Assembly: GCA_964510455.1 (NCBI GenBank)
Contig: CAZECO010000003.1
Location: 1-61,592 of the forward strand
Direction: 5' to 3'
Source of the DNA: an uncultured Actinomycetes bacterium
GTDB taxonomy: Bacteria > Actinomycetota > Actinomycetes > S36-B12 > GCA-2699445
Length of the DNA: 61,592 nt
In this document: positions 45,317-54,696 of the stretch, piece by piece
Layout of the letters: every line of letters begins with the position of its first letter
How positions within the stretch are numbered: position 1 is the first letter of the stretch
Program-made: the position numbers and the translations under genes
The notes under the pieces: generated by a model
The model's input: only the letters and a program-made list of their open reading frames with translations
Told to the model about the DNA's origin: nothing
Database searches by the model: none

Positions 45317-47057
45317 TCAGGCTGGGAGGGTGTAGCGGGCCTGGACCAGGTCGAGGACGATCTGTCTACTCTGCCATGGCTCGACGTCGTTGCGTCGTTC
45401 GATCTGCTCAGTCGCGTCGGCGAGATAGTCGTCGCGCACTGCGTGGCGGAACCACGCCGAGTAGTCACCTCGGCGCAGGTGGAACATCCAGGTCTGCTCG
45501 TCGACTCCCTCGGCGAGCTGGCAGAAGACGGCCAGGTTCTGTGCCTTGAGGTTGAGCCTGTCGTCCGGACCGCGGAAGTAGAAGCTGTGCCAGCGCAAGT
45601 CGCCCTCAGCGTACTTGCGCCGGTGGCGGATGCGCTCCGCGCGCCCCGCCTGGGGTCGCATCGAGAACGCCCTCGGCGTGGCGTCCGCGAGCATCCAGGC
45701 GACCACACGCCCCGGCTGATAGCTGAGTTCGTCACCATCGGGCGCCGGACGCCCGGCGGCCTCGGCGAATGCGGTGAGCGTCTCGTGGGGTGACGGCCCT
45801 ACCGCCACCACGACGTCGACCGGGTGGAGCACATTCGGCTCGACGTGCGCCGGATGAACGGTGACAAGGATCGTCTCGGCCAGCGTCATGGGCAGAACCG
45901 CCGGGCTGTGCCCCCAGGTCTCAGGCAGCAGGTGGTGGGCCTCGTCCAGGACGATCCAGTGCGGACGACCAGTTCGGGCGCGCATAGCCTGTAGCGCCGG
46001 TACGAGCTGGGCTAGGAAGGCGGGCCGGTCACCCAGTGGGATGCCGAGGATGTTGACGCTGACGTTGACCTTCGGGTCCTCAAGGATGCCCGTGATCTCG
46101 CTGACGCTCGGTGCACGCCACTGGTTGCCGAGGGCCACGACGTCGCGCAGCGTGGAGTAGTCGCCCTCCGGGTCGATGACGCACACCTGATAGTCCTTGT
46201 CGATCAGCCGCTCGATGACGCCGGCCACGAATGTCGACTTGCCACTGGCCGACGGACCGGCGACCAACATGTTGTGCCCGTACGGCGCAAGGTGCACCTC
46301 CGCTCCCTGGGCATCGGTGCCCAACCTGATCCAGTGCTGGGGCAGCTTGCCCCCCAGCCGGCTCAGGTCGTCGGCGATGACCTCGTCGATCAACTCGACG
46401 ACCCCCGCGCCGTTCTCTCCCTGGGTGACGAAGGCTGCGGCCTCCTTGATCGACGGCGACGCGTTGGCCACCGCCACTGGACACTCACTGTGGCGCAAGA
46501 ACGAATGATCGTTCTCGGCGTCGCCGATCGCCACGACCTCGTGTCGCGACAGGCTCATGTCACGCAACGCGTGGGCCAATCCGCTGGCCTTGTTGACACC
46601 GGCAGGCAGCAGCATCACCGCACTGCGGTTGCCGATCACCTGCACCTCCAGGCCCAGCTCCCAGATGACCTCCTGAACTGCGGCACGGTGATTGGCCCGA
46701 GTGCCGACCACTACCTGACCGATCTCGAGCGGATCAACCCCTCGGTCCCTGAGGGCGTCAAGCAGACGAGTGGGCAACGGATCGGTGAGCCGGGTGCGTT
46801 CGCGGGTCTTCGGGTTGTATTTGACCGCACCGTTCTCGGCGACAACGCGGGCGAACAGCTCTACGCAGGTGCAGTCCTCGAGCAGGTGGTCCACTCGGCG
46901 CCCCGTGACCAGGATCGCCCGGCGACCGGACGTCCTCAGGCGCTCCAGGGCCGCCACGGCAGCGTCCGGTACCGTGTCGTGCCGGGCCAGCGTCCGGTAC
47001 CGTGTCGTGCCGGGCCAGCGTCCCGTCGAAGTCAATCGCGACTGCCAGATACCGCAA
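45317..47057 (-). pseudogene. HAD-IIB (Cof-like) phosphatase fused to a P-loop ATPase, frameshifted by a 28-bp tandem duplication
   Basis: TTG start 'MRYLAVAIDFDGTL', 'GVNKASG', 'GDAENDH', Walker A 'GPSASGKST' and 'LDEAHH'; duplication at 46961-47016. Confidence 0.85.
46961..47016. repeat. Exact 28-bp tandem duplication
   Basis: AGCGTCCGGTACCGTGTCGTGCCGGGCC twice, followed by AGCGTCC. Confidence 0.95.
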
Positions 47058-47740
47058 ACAACCCTCCCGACCCCGCAGGCACCCACCCCGAGCCTGCGCC
47101 AGACCCGGTTACGCACCGAGCACGCTCTGTCGGCGATGACCTCGACCATACGGTCTAACCCGCTGGCCCATCCAGCGGTGGACTGATCTTGGAGGTCGGT
47201 GGATGTCAGCGCCTTCCTCGACCAGCACGTCCTTTGGAAGTCGCCGACGGCGGTGAGCCAGCGATGCGCAGGCTGCAGAGCCCGGTCGTGCTGGGCCTGG
47301 GATCGTGATGGTCGCGGGCATGCCCGGACATGCGGCGCTGAGGCTGCCGGATCCCAGCGCTGGCGGAGCCAGCTGTCAGTGGGCATGATGGTGCTCGTCG
47401 GACGCCATGGAGGCCACGATGAAACCGGCACCCACTGCTGAAGGAACCGACACGGGTCCGCACATTCATGACGGAAGCGGCGCCAACAAATTCGTCGCTG
47501 GGAAAGCGAAGGGGGCTCCTTGGGCCCGGCCCATTAGGGATCCGGAAGCAATCGCGCAAGACAAAGCAAACCCTGACCTGGCGGTCCCCCGCAGTGCATC
47601 ACTTCGGCTCCCTGGTGTTGTAAACTCGCCGACGAGACTGACCAGGGGCACCGCCAGCGCGTCCTGAATCCGGGCTCGGCGCTCCTGGCTGCGCTCCCCA
47701 GCCTCGGCCCGCATGGCCCGTGCCCGGGGACCCCTCGCGC

Positions 47741-48759
47741 GCGCGACGACTTCCTTGGAGGGGATTCTCGCCAACTCCACCGCAGGTGGGGCATGCTCCG
47801 CGAGCAGCGCTACGACGTAATCGACATGGAGAGCGGGGACACCGCCATCCTCCGGCTTACGTGGACCGGTGTGATCGGCCAGACGATCGGCCCCTTCGTC
47901 GAAGGTCAAGTGCTGACCGCGCACATCGCACAGTTCGTTCGAGTTGAGGATGATCGGATCGCATCCATCGAGACCTACGACCTGCTATGAGCCGATGCCA
48001 GACGCCGGCCTGCCGAACCACAGGCCTGATTTGTGGGGGAGAACAGGCGGCGGCCCCCGGCGGAGATCTTTTCATCTCGTGGTCACGGAGTGCCTGGCTC
48101 GCTTAGTTTGCTGCACCAGTGCCCTTTCAACCGCATCCGTCAGGTGGGCGTGGCACTAACTCCGAAATCAACTCGTCCGGGACGGCGAGCGCCCGGTGAG
48201 GCCGGGTCGGGCAGCAAGCGGAGCTACACGATGACTCACAACGCGACGCTCAGCAGCCTGCTCGAAAGTGCTGGCCTGGTCGAAACCCCTTGCGCTGCAA
48301 CGGATTTCACGAGAGCCGACGAGGGGACTCGAACCCCTAACACCCTGTTTACAAGTCGACTCCACCCCTGTTCGTCAAGGTCCGGCGCCATGCGTGTGGG
48401 TATGCGAAAAGCGCTGCGGCACACGGGATTTCGTCCATCGTCATCCGCTTGCGACCGGCGGCGTTCCGCGACGCTTGTGCTTTGGAGGACTCACAGAGGA
48501 CTCACAGAGGACTCACAAAGGGGCGGCGTCACAGCGAGACCGAAGCAGATGGACCGAATTCCTGCGCGACCTCCGTTTCCGCGGTCTACGGGTTCCAGCT
48601 GGTCGTCTCCGATGCCCACACGGCCTGAAGGCCGCGATCAACACGGTGCTGCAGGGAGCGGCCGGGGCATCGGTCATCCGTGACATGGCACAGTGGCGGT
48701 CCTGCGGCCAGCATCGCGGCTGGCGGCATGGTCCCCCTGGTTCACCTCCGCCGTGGGAG
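47741..48759 (+). repeat. ~1-kb diverged direct repeat, copy 2 (SnoaL fragment + att-like site + IS256 fragment)
   Basis: Co-linear with 8156-9162. Confidence 0.9.
48233..48517 (-). other. attP-like site 3: tRNA-Thr(UGU) 3'-half core (48313-48355) with GACTCACA arm-type repeats
   Basis: The core's reverse complement is CTTGTAAACAGGGTGTTAGGGGTTCGAGTCCCCTCGTCGGCTC. Repeats occur at 48233, 48488, 48499 and 48510. Confidence 0.8.
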
Positions 48760-48900
48760 CCATCTCCCGGTGCCCGGGCCTCGAACGGAAATCGCTCGGC
48801 CCACTCGACCGCCTCGCCCACCGACCGCACGTCGAGGATCCAGTAGCCCGCGATCAACTGCTTCGACTCCGTGAACGGACCGTCGATGACGGCGCGGTCC
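48760..48900 (-). pseudogene. YciI (DGPF-motif) protein C-terminal fragment
   Basis: 'VIDGPFTESKQLIAGYWILDVRSVGEAVEWAERFP'. Confidence 0.75.
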
Positions 48901-49045
48901 CGGCAGAGGCTCCCAAAGCGGTGAAGGGGACCGTGCTGCTGCCGTTGTTTAGGCTCGTGTTCCCCCGAGTATTTCCGCGGCAGTCGGCAGCGGTGTTGGA
49001 TCTATACGCGACATCGGAACGCGACCGCGCCTGATAGCCCAGCGT

Positions 49046-49306
49046 TCAGGGGCCGTTCGCGCGCCATGCATCGATCGCGGCACGACACTTGTCAGCCGCG
49101 GCCTCGTCGCGGGGCAGGTGCAGGTTGATGATCATCGAGTCGGGCTCGGATACCCACCCGGTGAACGTGAGTGTTCCACCGTGCCTGCGAAGCGCGTGGA
49201 TGAGCGGTCCGAGGTCTCGTCCCGGCTCTGGGGTGCCTGGCTCGGTTGTCACGAACACCGACGATATCCCCAAACAGCGCCGTGGTTCTTCAGGAGATGC
49301 GGTCAT
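49046..49306 (-). CDS. Small hypothetical protein
   Basis: Isolated 86-aa ORF with plausible composition; no recognised motif. Confidence 0.35.
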   Translation of the reverse strand: MTASPEEPRRCLGISSVFVTTEPGTPEPGRDLGPLIHALRRHGGTLTFTGWVSEPDSMIINLHLPRDEAAADKCRAAIDAWRANGP

Positions 49307-49393
49307 GTTCGCGGCCGACGGGTGGTGCCTCTAGGTGGGGTGTGGGCGCAGGGCATGTGTTCTGACCCGCTGCGGACGGGGGTTGGTGCGCCG

Positions 49394-50542
49394 TCAGGCG
49401 GGCCACCTGCGGGGGGCGTCGGCGGGGGCTGACCCGTCCTGCGGGGCGGCGGGAAGGCGCAGCGCCATAGTGGTGCCCGCGCCACGGCCTCCGCTGGCGG
49501 CGGTCAGGCTTCCGCCGTGGTCGGCGGCGATCGCCCTGGCGATGGTGAGGCCGAGCCCGCTGCCGCTGCCGTCGCCGGAGGTGCGGGCGCCGTCGACGCG
49601 GTGGAACCGGTCGAAGATCGCGTCGAGCTGGTCGCCGGGGATGCCCTCGCCGTTGTCGGCGACGGTGAACTGGACCTGTCCGTCGGATGCCTGAGAACAC
49701 GTCAACTGCACGGCGCCTCCCGGGGGCGTGTGGCGCAGCGCGTTGTCCAGCAGGTTGGCGAGCACCTGCCCGATGCGGTCGGCGTCGGCCATGACGAGCG
49801 GCTGGCGCGCGGCGGGCCGGCGATCCAGTGCGACGCCTTTGGCGGTGTAGCGGGGGACGGCGGCCTCGTAGGCTGCGTCGAGCAGCGCGACCGGCCGCTC
49901 GGGGGCCAGTTGCAGGTCTAGGGCGTGCTCCTGCGCGGCGGCGGCAAGTTTGATGTCGCTGGCCAGCCTGCGGAGCCGGTCGACCTGCCCCCGCATGACG
50001 GCGTATGTGTCGGGATCGGCGTACACGAGCCCGTCCTCCAGGCCGTCGATGTGGGCCTCCAGGGTCGCGAGCGGGGTGCGGATCTCGTGGGCGAGGTCGG
50101 CCAGCAGTCGGGTGCGGGCGGTGTCGGTGGCCGCGAGCCGGGCAGCCATGTCCCCGAAGGACCGGGCCAGGGTGGTGAGCTCTCTGCCGTAGCCGTCCGT
50201 CGGCACGGTCACCTGGTACTGGCCGGCGGCGATGGATGCCGCGGCGTCGGCGAGCTCCTCGATCGGCCGGCTGACGCGCCGGGTCAGCAGCCAGAACAGC
50301 AGCGCCGCGGTGACCAGCGCCGCTGCGCCGGCGAACGCCATCGCGATGGCGAAGGTCGCCTCGAACGCCTCCTGCGCATGCTGCTGGACGATCGGGGACG
50401 TCTCCCCGGCGTGCTCGAGGTGGTACCGGAACAGGCCCCGGGCGACCAGCAGGCCGGTGGCGACCAGCGTCGCGCCCGCCACGGCCAGGACGATGAGCTG
50501 AGCGGCCAGCAGCCGGGCGGCGATGCCGCTGCGGCCGATCAC
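49394..50542 (-). CDS. HAMP-domain sensor histidine kinase
   Basis: H box 'DLAHEIRTPLA', 'QVLANLLDNALRH', 'VADNGEGI' and 'GSGLGLTIA'; two TM segments. Confidence 0.95.
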   Translation of the reverse strand: MIGRSGIAARLLAAQLIVLAVAGATLVATGLLVARGLFRYHLEHAGETSPIVQQHAQEAFEATFAIAMAFAGAAALVTAALLFWLLTRRVSRPIEELADAAASIAAGQYQVTVPTDGYGRELTTLARSFGDMAARLAATDTARTRLLADLAHEIRTPLATLEAHIDGLEDGLVYADPDTYAVMRGQVDRLRRLASDIKLAAAAQEHALDLQLAPERPVALLDAAYEAAVPRYTAKGVALDRRPAARQPLVMADADRIGQVLANLLDNALRHTPPGGAVQLTCSQASDGQVQFTVADNGEGIPGDQLDAIFDRFHRVDGARTSGDGSGSGLGLTIARAIAADHGGSLTAASGGRGAGTTMALRLPAAPQDGSAPADAPRRWPA

Positions 50543-51246
50543 GGGCCCGCAATGCCGTAGCCGACGCCGCGGACGGTGCGGATGAACGCCGGTTCCGCGG
50601 CGTCGTCGCCGAGTTTGCGGCGCAGGTGCCCGATGTGGACGTCGACGATGTGCTCGTCGCCGAACCAGTCCGACCCCCACACCTCGTCGATGAGCTGACG
50701 CCTGGTGAACGCCCGCCGCGGGCTGGCCGCTAGCACTGCCAGCAGGTCGAACTCGGTGCGGGTGAGTTCCAGCTCCAGCTGGTCGCCGGACAACCAGGCT
50801 TTCCGCGAAGCGGTGTCAATGTCCAGGCCCGCTGCCGAGAGCCGCTCGCCCCCTGCCTGCTCCGGGACCACGGCTCCGGTGCGGGGGCGGCGCAGCATGG
50901 CCCGGACGCGGGCGACCAGCTCGCGCGGCGAGAAGGGCTTCACCAGGTAGTCGTCGGCCCCGACGGACAGCCCGACGACCTTGTCGATCTCCTCGTCGCG
51001 GGCGGTGAGCATGATGATGTAGCAGTCGCTGAACTGCCGGATCCGGCGGCAGGCCTCGATCCCGTCGAACCCCGGCAGCATCACATCCAGCACGACAAGC
51101 TCGGGATCGGTGCCGCGGGCGGCCTCCACGGCGGCCGGGCCGTCGTGGGCGAGGTCGACGGCGAAGCCCTCGGCCTCCAGGTAGGAGCCGACGACCCGGG
51201 CCAGCGGCCGCTCGTCGTCGACCACCAGGACGCGGCGCTGGTCCAC
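50539..51246 (-). CDS. OmpR-family response regulator
   Basis: 'VLVVDDE', 'VLDVMLPGFDG', 'GADDYLVKPF' and 'TVRGVGY'. Confidence 0.96.
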   Translation of the reverse strand: MDQRRVLVVDDERPLARVVGSYLEAEGFAVDLAHDGPAAVEAARGTDPELVVLDVMLPGFDGIEACRRIRQFSDCYIIMLTARDEEIDKVVGLSVGADDYLVKPFSPRELVARVRAMLRRPRTGAVVPEQAGGERLSAAGLDIDTASRKAWLSGDQLELELTRTEFDLLAVLAASPRRAFTRRQLIDEVWGSDWFGDEHIVDVHIGHLRRKLGDDAAEPAFIRTVRGVGYGIAGP

Positions 51247-51266
51247 CCTGCCTCCTCCCGCTGTGT

Positions 51267-51536
51267 TCAGGCCGGCGCCGGCCGATCGGCCGCACCGGTC
51301 CCGTCGCCCAGGAGGCGCCGCGCCTCGATGTACTCCTGCTGGGAGATCTCGCCCGCCGCGAACCTGCCGTCCAGCACCTGCCGCGCCGTCGGCGCAGGCG
51401 CCTGCCGTTCAGCCCGGCCGTCCCGCCGCGTCAGCGCCACCACCGCCCAGACCGCCACCGCGACGAGGACCGCCCAGCCGAGCATCATCACCACCATCCA
51501 GCCGTAGGACCATCCGTCGTCGTACCAGCCCATCAT
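51267..51536 (-). CDS. SHOCT-domain small membrane protein
   Basis: 'MMGW..GW..MMLGW' TM segment, then 'VLDGRFAAGEISQQEYIEARRLL'. Confidence 0.85.
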   Translation of the reverse strand: MMGWYDDGWSYGWMVVMMLGWAVLVAVAVWAVVALTRRDGRAERQAPAPTARQVLDGRFAAGEISQQEYIEARRLLGDGTGAADRPAPA

Positions 51537-51598
51537 GGTGCACCTCCTGCTTCCGGCTCCACCATCGCCCCGCGCGGTATCCCTGCGGTCCAGCGTCC

Positions 51599-51640
51599 AT
51601 GAAGTTTCGATGAAGGCCAGCTTCTTCATGGAACCTTCAT
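51599..51640. promoter_or_regulatory. Two oppositely oriented ATGAAG-N5-ATGAAG direct repeats (response-regulator boxes)
   Basis: ATGAAG at 51599 and 51610; CTTCAT at 51624 and 51635; both with an 11-bp period, between divergent operons. Confidence 0.7.
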
Positions 51641-51685
51641 CCGATCTGGACAGAACCTCCAGCCGGTCCGGACACAGTTGCCGTC

Positions 51686-53143
51686 ATGGAGCCCACCGCC
51701 GCCCTGAGCCGCCGGCAGGTGCTGGCCGGGCTGCTCGGCGCCGGCGCGGCCGCGGGCCTGGCTGCCTGCACCCGCGGCGCGCCGGACCCGGTGGGGCCGT
51801 CGCAGGTGGCGGCGGCCGAATCGGCCCGCCCCACCACCGGGGCGGTCCGCGCCTACCAGCTGGCCGCGGGGCAGGTGGACGTCGACCTCGGCGGCTGGGT
51901 CGTGACGACGTGGGCGTACGGCGGCACGGTCCCCGGGCCGCCGATCCGCGCGACCGCAGGGGACCTGGTACGGGTCGCGTTCGCCAACGACCTTCCCGAG
52001 GAGACGTCGGTGCACTGGCACGGGCTGGCGATCCGCAACGACATGGACGGCGTCCCGCACGTCACCTCAGACCCGGTCCAGCCGGGCGAGGACTTCGCCT
52101 TCGAGTTCGTGGTGCCCGATCCGGGCACCTACTGGTTCCACCCGCACACCGGCCTGCAGACCGACCGCGGCCTGTACGCGCCGTTCATCGTCGACGACCC
52201 CGCCGACCCGGGCGGCCACGACGCCGAGTGGGTCGTGGTGCTGGACGACTGGACCGACGGGGTCGGGCCCTCGCCGGAGGACATCTACGCCGGCCTGCGC
52301 AGCGGTGGCGGCGGCATGATGGGCATGCACGGCGGCGGGATGGGCGGCATGGACGCCGGCGACGTCGACTACCCCCTGTACCTGATCAACGGCCGGGCCC
52401 CGGCCGACCCGGACGTGCTGCAGGCGAAACCGGGCCAGCGGATGCGGCTGCGGATCATCAACGCCGCCTCCGACACGATCTTCGACGTTGCTCTGGGCGG
52501 GCACGACCTGACCGTCACCCACAGCGACGGCTACCCCGTCGAAACGCTGTCGGCAGGCGCGGTGCGGATCGCCATGGGCGAGCGGTACGACGCCACCGCG
52601 ACCCTGGCCGACGGGGTGTTCCCGCTGGTCGCGCGGCCGCTCGGCAAATCGGGCGGCGCCCGCGCGCTGGTCAGCACCGGCAGCGGCGCCGTGCCGGAAC
52701 GCGGGGTCCTGCCGGAGGGCCTCGACCGGCCGCCGGTGACCGTCGCGGGGCTGCGGGCGGCAGCCGGCGCCGCGCTGCCGGACCGGGATCCGGACAGGGT
52801 GCAGGACCTGGTCCTGGGCGGGTCGATGGGTCCGTACGTGTGGACGATCAACGGCCGCACCTACGACGACACGGCGCCGCTGACGATCCGGCAGGGGCAG
52901 GCCGGGCGGCTGCGGATCGTGAACCGGTCGATGATGCAGCACCCGGTGCACCTGCACGGGCACACCTTCCAGCTCGGGCCAGCCGGCGGCACAGGCGCCC
53001 GCAAGGACACACTCCTGGTCCCGGCGATGGGGGTCGCGGAGGTCGATTTCACCGCCGCCAACCCGGGGCAGTGGATGATCCACTGCCACAACACCTACCA
53101 CGCCGAGGCGGGCATGATGACCCGCCTGGACTACACCACCTGA
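51686..53143 (+). CDS. Multicopper oxidase with a Tat/lipoprotein signal
   Basis: 'LSRRQVL..LAAC'; Cu motifs HWHG, WFHPH, HPVHLHGH and HCHNTYHAEAGM. Confidence 0.95.
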   Translation: MEPTAALSRRQVLAGLLGAGAAAGLAACTRGAPDPVGPSQVAAAESARPTTGAVRAYQLAAGQVDVDLGGWVVTTWAYGGTVPGPPIRATAGDLVRVAFANDLPEETSVHWHGLAIRNDMDGVPHVTSDPVQPGEDFAFEFVVPDPGTYWFHPHTGLQTDRGLYAPFIVDDPADPGGHDAEWVVVLDDWTDGVGPSPEDIYAGLRSGGGGMMGMHGGGMGGMDAGDVDYPLYLINGRAPADPDVLQAKPGQRMRLRIINAASDTIFDVALGGHDLTVTHSDGYPVETLSAGAVRIAMGERYDATATLADGVFPLVARPLGKSGGARALVSTGSGAVPERGVLPEGLDRPPVTVAGLRAAAGAALPDRDPDRVQDLVLGGSMGPYVWTINGRTYDDTAPLTIRQGQAGRLRIVNRSMMQHPVHLHGHTFQLGPAGGTGARKDTLLVPAMGVAEVDFTAANPGQWMIHCHNTYHAEAGMMTRLDYTT

Positions 53144-53155
53144 AGGGAACCACCG

Positions 53156-53794
53156 ATGAAGCACACCAGGAAGCTGGCCGCTCTCGGGATAGCGGTCGCG
53201 CTCGCCGTCGGGCTGTCCGCCTGCACTGACGACTCGACCGATGACGAGGCGGCCGCATCGGACGGGGCCACGGCCACGGCGTCGGCCTCGGACGTCTCCT
53301 TCGCGCAGGCGATGATCCCGCACCACCAGCAGGCCGTGGCCATGGCCGACATGGCGCTGGACCCCGACTCGCAGGCGTCCGCCGACGTGCAAGACCTCGC
53401 CACACAGATCAAGGCCGCGCAGGACCCCGAGATCGAGCAGATGACCATGATGCTGGAGGGCTGGGACCAGCCGACGGCCATGCCCGGCGCCACCTCGCCC
53501 GAAGGCATGGAGGGCATGGGCCACGACATGGGAGGCATGACCGTTTCGGGGATGATGAGCGATGAGGACATGGTGGCCCTTGACCAGATGACCGGTGCCG
53601 AGTTCGACCAGGCGTGGCTGCAGATGATGACCGAGCACCACCAGGGCGCCATCGACATGGCCGAGCAGGCAGCCTCGACGACCCTGGACCCGCAGGTCGC
53701 GGCACTGGCGAACGACATCATCACCGCGCAGCAGGCCGAGATCGCCACCATGGAGGAGATGATGGGCTCGATGCAGGGGACGCCGGCACCATGA
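53156..53794 (+). CDS. DUF305 lipoprotein
   Basis: Lipobox LSAC; paired 'MIPHHQQAV.MA' and 'MTEHHQGAIDMA'; Met-rich. Confidence 0.92.
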   Translation: MKHTRKLAALGIAVALAVGLSACTDDSTDDEAAASDGATATASASDVSFAQAMIPHHQQAVAMADMALDPDSQASADVQDLATQIKAAQDPEIEQMTMMLEGWDQPTAMPGATSPEGMEGMGHDMGGMTVSGMMSDEDMVALDQMTGAEFDQAWLQMMTEHHQGAIDMAEQAASTTLDPQVAALANDIITAQQAEIATMEEMMGSMQGTPAP

Positions 53795-54687
53795 GGCTCC
53801 CCGCCGAGACCCCAGCCGCCCTCGCCGCGCTGACCGCGGCAGCCCTGGTCGCCGGCTGCAGCGCAGCAACCGAGGACGATGTGCCCGCGAATCCGTCGCC
53901 CACCGCGTCCTCGCCGGCCGCTGCCGCCGCACCGGTGTCCGCGGACGGCATCGACATCGGGCACGTGCACAACGTCAGCCTCGACGGCGACGCCGTCCTG
54001 CTGGGCACCCACGGGGGCCTGTACAGGCAGGACCCCGGCCAGGCCCCGGCGCTGGTCGGGGAACCGTTCGACGTAATGGGGCTCACCCTCGCCGCCGACT
54101 GGTGGCTGGCCTCGGGCCACCCCGGCCCGGGGATGGCCGCCCCCGCCGACCTCGGGCTGCTGGCGTCAACCGCCGGCGGCGCCACCTGGCAGCAGGTGTC
54201 ACTGGCAGGCGAGGCCGACTTCCACCGGCTGACCGCCAGCGGCGCAACCGTCCTGGGCGTCAACTCCGGCGACGGGCTGCTGTGGCGGTCCACCGACGAG
54301 GGAGTGCAGTGGGCCACGCACGGCGCGGGGCCGTTCGACCTGGCGCTGAACCCCGCCGACCCGGCGCAGGGCATTGCCACCACCTCCAGCGGGCTGCTCG
54401 GCAGCCGCAACGGCGGCCTGACCTGGGCCCCCATCCCCGATGCTCCGCTGATCGCGTACGTGGCCTGGACCGGCGTTGGTATCGTCGGCGCTGCCCCCGA
54501 CGGCCAGATCCTGCGCTCCACCGACGGCGGGGCGACCTGGACCCCGGCCGGCCGTGTGGACGGGCAGCCCTCCGCCCTGGCCGCCTCCGGCGAGCGGGTC
54601 GCGGTGCTGCAGGGCGACACCCTGTGGGAGAGCATCGATGCAGGGGCCACGTTCACCGCGCGGATCACCGGACTAGCGGGCAACTGA
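53791..54687 (+). CDS. F510_1955-like BNR-repeat lipoprotein
   Basis: Lipobox VAGC, 'HVHNV', 'LGTHGGL', 'DVMG', 'SGHPG' and S/T-x-D-G-G-x-T-W repeats. Confidence 0.85.
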   Translation: MRLPAETPAALAALTAAALVAGCSAATEDDVPANPSPTASSPAAAAAPVSADGIDIGHVHNVSLDGDAVLLGTHGGLYRQDPGQAPALVGEPFDVMGLTLAADWWLASGHPGPGMAAPADLGLLASTAGGATWQQVSLAGEADFHRLTASGATVLGVNSGDGLLWRSTDEGVQWATHGAGPFDLALNPADPAQGIATTSSGLLGSRNGGLTWAPIPDAPLIAYVAWTGVGIVGAAPDGQILRSTDGGATWTPAGRVDGQPSALAASGERVAVLQGDTLWESIDAGATFTARITGLAGN

Positions 54688-54696
54688 GGAGGAGCC

